NCBI GenBank assembly: GCA_046952735.1 | Contig: JBKUJR010000009.1 | Location: 4,747 to 68,746 of the forward strand | Origin: Clostridia bacterium | GTDB taxonomy: Bacteria; Bacillota; Clostridia; UBA1212; UBA1255 | Direction: 5' to 3' | Length of the DNA: 64,000 nt | In this document: piece by piece, positions 60,185 through 64,000 of the stretch | Layout: every line of letters starts with the position of its first letter | How positions within the stretch are numbered: the first letter of the stretch is position 1 | The notes under the pieces: generated by a model | Seen by the model: the letters and a program-made list of their open reading frames with translations, nothing else | Told to the model about the DNA's origin: nothing | The model's database searches: none | Made by a program: the position numbers and the translations under genes

Positions 60185-60277
60185 TCAATTCCTCCTTGTT
60201 TTTTTGTTGTATTGCTACGTAAAATAGTATCGACCGGAAATTGCCGATCTATACAAAAAAATAATTTTAAAATCCGC

Positions 60278-60305
60278 TTGACAAATAAAATAATCGTGTT
60301 AAAAT
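60278..60305 (+). promoter_or_regulatory. Promoter TTGACA-16-TAAAAT for csp, with a leader of about 120 nt
   Basis: TTGACA at 60278-60283 and TAAAAT at 60300-60305. Confidence 0.55.
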
Positions 60306-60432
60306 AAAAAACGTATTCAGCATAATTGCTTTGTTCTCACATGTGAATGCGATCAAATTGTAGTTTCGATCTGCAAGCAGGAGATTTTTTTGTTTTTATA
60401 TGGGTACAAATAATTATCAGGAGGTACCCATA

Positions 60433-60645
60433 ATGAATAAAGGTACAGTAAAATGGTTCAACGCAGACAAAGGATTTGGATTTATTTCCAATGATAACGG
60501 TGGGGAAGATGTATTCGTGCATTTCTCGGCTATCGTTTCGACAGGATTTAAAACGCTCATGGAAGGACAGAGCGTTACGTTTGATACGGAAGCAGATCCT
60601 AAGAACAGCAGAAAAGTCAGAGCGGTCAACGTTTGCGTAGCGTAA
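60433..60645 (+). CDS. csp: Cold-shock protein (CspA family)
   Basis: Trimmed to [34 protein letters not shown] (RNP1/RNP2 motifs). RBS AGGAGG. Confidence 0.92.
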   Translation: MNKGTVKWFNADKGFGFISNDNGGEDVFVHFSAIVSTGFKTLMEGQSVTFDTEADPKNSRKVRAVNVCVA

Positions 60646-60686
60646 GCGGCCGGAAACGATTTTTTTGTTCATAAGAACAGACGCAA

Positions 60687-60720
60687 AGCGGAAGAATGAA
60701 AATTCTTCCGCTTTTCTGTT
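60687..60720 (+). terminator. Intrinsic terminator after csp
   Basis: AGCGGAAGAAT-gaaa-ATTCTTCCGCT followed by TTTCTGTTT. Confidence 0.8.
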
Positions 60721-60804
60721 TACGAAATGGAAACGAATCGCTCCTTGATCCGGTAAAATGCGCATGCTATAATCCGAACGTATGGCAGCTCACAGGAGGA
60801 TTCT

Positions 60805-61512
60805 ATGAAATTTATCATCGAACATTTGTCTAAAAGCTTTGAAAAAAAGGAAGTACTGCGGGATATCGATTTTACGTTTGAAAGCGGGAAAATCTACGGC
60901 CTTTTGGGCAGAAACGGCGCCGGAAAGACCACGCTGTTCAATTGCGTCAACCGTGATTTGAAGGCGGACGCGGGACGGTTTTATATCGAAGAAGCCGGTA
61001 CGCGCAGAGCGCTGGCGGCGGAGGATATCGGGTATGTCCTTTCGACGCCGACCGTGCCGGAATTTTTAACAGGGCGGGAATTCTTAAAATTTTACATCGA
61101 AATCAATGAAAAAAGCATTCGCGATCTGCAGCCGGTCGATGCGTATTTCGATCTGATGAACATCGGAGCGGACGACAGGGACAAGCTGCTGAAAGATTAC
61201 TCCCATGGGATGAAAAATAAAATGCAGATGCTGGTCAACATTATCTCGCGGCCGAACGTACTGCTGCTTGACGAGCCGCTGACTTCGTTAGACGTCGTCG
61301 TGGCGGAAGAAATGAAACAGCTGCTCCGAAGCCTGAAGACGGATCAAATCATCATTTTTTCCACCCATATTCTGGAACTGGCGCTCGACCTTTGCGATGA
61401 AATCGTGATCCTCAACCGCGCGGAGCTGGAAATCGTGGATAAAGCCGACCTGGATAACCAGGAATTCAAAGAGAAAATCATCCATACCTTACGTGAGGAA
61501 AGCCATGATTAA
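60805..61512 (+). CDS. ABC transporter ATP-binding protein
   Basis: GRNGAGKTT Walker A, YSHGMKNKM signature-like region, LLLDEP Walker B. Confidence 0.85.
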   Translation: MKFIIEHLSKSFEKKEVLRDIDFTFESGKIYGLLGRNGAGKTTLFNCVNRDLKADAGRFYIEEAGTRRALAAEDIGYVLSTPTVPEFLTGREFLKFYIEINEKSIRDLQPVDAYFDLMNIGADDRDKLLKDYSHGMKNKMQMLVNIISRPNVLLLDEPLTSLDVVVAEEMKQLLRSLKTDQIIIFSTHILELALDLCDEIVILNRAELEIVDKADLDNQEFKEKIIHTLREESHD

Positions 61513-63082
61513 ATCGTTCCGCATTTCCTTTGCATTGAAAAATACGTGCCGGGTCAACGGAATCCTTTATTCGTTAAAGCAAATCCCGTTGATCGGCAAA
61601 TTGCTCCCCGTTTCGCTTTACGGCAGCAGGGGCCTGAAAATTTTTGCAACGGTCCTCTCTGTGATCTGGGAAATCCTTTCCATGTTTGCAGGCAAGCTCC
61701 TCTATCTTGCATGCGTAGCGGGCCTGCTCCAGCTGTTCAGCGATGCGCCCGATGCGCGGATGTTTCTCCATCTCCTGTTCTTCTTTACGGTGATCGGCGC
61801 TTATCTCAACACCTATCTCTTTAATCCCACCAATGAAAAATATTATGCCGTCATCTTGATGCGAATGGATGCCAGAGCCTATACGGTATCGAATTATCTT
61901 TATTCAATGCTGCGCACGGCAGTCGGCTTTTTACCGTTTACGATCCTGTTTGGCCTGGATTGCGGGGTACCGCTGTGGATTTGTATTTTACTGCCTTTTT
62001 TTATTGCGGGCGCAAAGCTTGCCGCCGCTGCGCTTTTACTTTTCCGTTATGAAAGGACAGGGAAGAGCATCAATGAAAATCTGCCGCCCAAGCTGGTCTG
62101 GCCGCTGACCGGACTGCTGCTTGCCGTTGCTTTCGGACTTTTGTATCTCAAAATCATACTGCCGGTTCCCGCCTTTCTCGCGCTGGCTTTCCTTGCGGCC
62201 GCGGCCGGCGGCTATGGAGCGGTGCGTATAGCGCGCTTCCCGCATTACCGGGAAATCTGCCGGCTGCTTCTTGCGGAAAAAAAGTTCGGGACCGATTATA
62301 ATCAGGCGCTTCAGAAAGCGAATGAAGACAGGCAGAAGAAAATTATCACCCACGACGCCGGCATTACGAGCAGCAAACGCGGTTTCGAATATTTCAACGA
62401 GCTGTTCATCCGGCGGCACCGTAAAATATTATGGCGTTCCGCTCAGAGAATCGCATTGATTTTACTGGCGCTCCTGGCAGGCGTGCTGATCCTGATCGCG
62501 GCGAACGCGGACGTCCGGGAGAAGGTCAACCGGTCCATGATGATTTTACTGCCGTATTTTTCGTTTGTGATGTATCTCATCAACCGCGGAACGATTTTTA
62601 CAAGCGCTTTGTTTATGAATTGCGATCACAGTATGCTGACGTATTCCTTTTATAAAAAACCGTCGTTTATTCTGAAGCTGTTTCAGATCCGCCTGCGGGA
62701 AATTATTAAGATCAACCTTCTGCCTGCCGCGGTGATCGGGGCGGGGCTGCCGCTGGCGCTGTACTTCTCCGGGGGCACGGATAACCCTCTGAATTATCTG
62801 ATCCTTCCCGTGACGATCCTCGCGATGAGTATCTTTTTCTCCGTCCACTATCTCGTATTGTATTATTTGCTGCAGCCGTACAACGTGCATACGCAAATCA
62901 AAAGCGGCGCCTATATGGCCGTTATCTGGCTGACTTACATGGTTTGCTATCTGTTTTTACAGCTGCGCCTCGAAACGCTGGCCTTTGGAATCGCAGCAAC
63001 GGCTTTTTGCATTCTTTATTGTGCCGCCGCCTGTATCCTCGTATATAAACTGGCGTATAAAACGTTCCGTCTGCGAAATTGA
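61505..63082 (+). CDS. Polytopic membrane protein, putative permease partner of the ABC ATPase (ABC_export-like; not FtsX-type)
   Basis: Start ATG at 61505, overlapping the ATPase stop (ATGATTAA). At least 10 hydrophobic segments. No large extracellular domain. Confidence 0.6.
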   Translation: MIKSFRISFALKNTCRVNGILYSLKQIPLIGKLLPVSLYGSRGLKIFATVLSVIWEILSMFAGKLLYLACVAGLLQLFSDAPDARMFLHLLFFFTVIGAYLNTYLFNPTNEKYYAVILMRMDARAYTVSNYLYSMLRTAVGFLPFTILFGLDCGVPLWICILLPFFIAGAKLAAAALLLFRYERTGKSINENLPPKLVWPLTGLLLAVAFGLLYLKIILPVPAFLALAFLAAAAGGYGAVRIARFPHYREICRLLLAEKKFGTDYNQALQKANEDRQKKIITHDAGITSSKRGFEYFNELFIRRHRKILWRSAQRIALILLALLAGVLILIAANADVREKVNRSMMILLPYFSFVMYLINRGTIFTSALFMNCDHSMLTYSFYKKPSFILKLFQIRLREIIKINLLPAAVIGAGLPLALYFSGGTDNPLNYLILPVTILAMSIFFSVHYLVLYYLLQPYNVHTQIKSGAYMAVIWLTYMVCYLFLQLRLETLAFGIAATAFCILYCAAACILVYKLAYKTFRLRN

Positions 63083-63114
63083 AGCGGCGGGGCGCCGGAA
63101 AGGGGAGCTATCCT

Positions 63115-63786
63115 TTGTATAAAATATTGGTGGTTGAGGATGATATGGCGATTGCCGGAGCGATCCGGAAACAGATCGAAACCTGGGGGCTGGAGGTCAG
63201 GTGCGCGGAAGCGTTCCGCGACATTCTGTCTTTGTTTCTGGAATTTTCGCCGCATCTCGTCCTTCTGGATATTGCGCTGCCTTTCTACAACGGGTATTAT
63301 TGGTGCGGAGAGATCCGTAAAATTTCGCAGGTGCCGATCGTTTTTATTTCTTCTGCTTCCGATAATATGAATATCGTTATGGCGATGAATATGGGCGGCG
63401 ACGATTTTATCGCGAAACCTTTCGATTTGAATGTACTGACGGCTAAAATACAGGCGATCCTGCGGCGCACGTATGATTTTACCGGAAAAAGTCCGTTGCT
63501 GGAACACAGGGGCGCCGTCTTGAATCCTGCCGATGCGGTTCTGACGTACCGTGAAAACCGCATCGGACTGACAAAAAACGAACTTCGGATTTTACAGACG
63601 CTTTTAGAACAAAAGGGACGCGTTGTTTCGCGGGATACGCTGATGCAGCGCCTTTGGGAAACGGATAGCTTCGTCGATGAAAATACGCTCACGGTAAATG
63701 TCACGCGCCTGCGCAAAAAACTGGACGGCGCCGGGCTGCCGAATTTTATCATTACAAAAGTAGGGATGGGATATCTTGTCGAATAG
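63115..63786 (+). CDS. OmpR/PhoB-family response regulator
   Basis: TTG start (RBS AAAGGGGAG). YKILVVEDD...LLDIALPFYNG...K receiver. C-terminal winged helix LTKNELRILQTL...TLTVNVTRLRKKL. Confidence 0.85.
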   Translation: MYKILVVEDDMAIAGAIRKQIETWGLEVRCAEAFRDILSLFLEFSPHLVLLDIALPFYNGYYWCGEIRKISQVPIVFISSASDNMNIVMAMNMGGDDFIAKPFDLNVLTAKIQAILRRTYDFTGKSPLLEHRGAVLNPADAVLTYRENRIGLTKNELRILQTLLEQKGRVVSRDTLMQRLWETDSFVDENTLTVNVTRLRKKLDGAGLPNFIITKVGMGYLVE

Positions 63787-64000
63787 AACGCCGCTTTTTG
63801 TCCGGTATCTCAAATCGCATTTCAGGACGATCGCAGTTTTTATGCTTTTCGCTGCCGTTTTTGCCGTATCTTTTGCGCTTTACCGCCTGCCGGCAGCTGC
63901 AGTCTGGTATGCGGCTGCAATTTGTATTTTTATCGGAAGCATTTTTCTTTTCTTCGATTACCTGTCTTTTTATAAAAAACACAAGGCGCTTCGGAAGCTT
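63776..64000 (+). CDS. Sensor histidine kinase, N-terminal part only (runs off the right edge); two TM helices with a minimal loop (intramembrane-sensing type)
   Basis: My translation is LSNRTPLFVRYLKSHFRTIAVFMLFAAVFAVSFALYRLPAAAVWYAAAICIFIGSIFLFFDYLSFYKKHKALRKL. It overlaps the regulator gene end by 11 nt. Confidence 0.6.
   Translation, partial: MSNRTPLFVRYLKSHFRTIAVFMLFAAVFAVSFALYRLPAAAVWYAAAICIFIGSIFLFFDYLSFYKKHKALRKL

Overview
About 64 kb of chromosome from a Gram-positive, spore-forming anaerobe. The gene content looks like Clostridia: CotF coat proteins, mazG/yabO synteny, Hdr/Flx redox genes and GGAGG-type RBSs. I support about 60 protein genes, one tRNA-Leu(GAG), and several consensus promoters and intrinsic terminators. 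There is no rRNA, CRISPR array, transposase or integrase.

Gene order, left to right:
- potA (partial) with an XRE-cupin regulator
- a secreted multi-repeat metallophosphoesterase
- fba and a PPi-type phosphofructokinase
- a PBP5-like protein whose catalytic motifs look degenerate
- a poly-Asn surface protein
- a UvrD-like helicase
- a phosphodiester glycosidase and an unknown membrane protein
- tadA, mazG, yabO/rqcP
- a duplicated PrsA-like lipoprotein
- a GH27 alpha-galactosidase
- a 13-gene redox operon (18.9-31.8 kb)
- an aromatic amino-acid operon on the minus strand (aroA, aroC, pheA, aroE-aroK fusion)
- surface, Fe-S and hydrolase genes
- tRNA-Leu followed by a low-GC glycan-type accessory island (44.1-53.6 kb)
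- a c-di-GMP / hybrid-kinase operon
- coat proteins and csp
- an ABC transporter with a two-component module (kinase truncated at the right edge)

Main finding: the 18.9-31.8 kb operon encodes an LDH-family dehydrogenase carrying the Q102R malate-dehydrogenase signature, then FumC, HdrBCA, MvhD/FlxD, FlxC, FlxB, FlxA, an anchorless FrdB/FrdA pair, an AAE-family (SucE/AspT-like) transporter and a cupin. I read this as a complete oxaloacetate-to-succinate branch whose fumarate reductase is wired to a Flx-Hdr module. That makes it a candidate soluble, flavin-based electron-bifurcating NADH:fumarate reductase.

All family assignments come from motif recognition by eye. No database searches were run.
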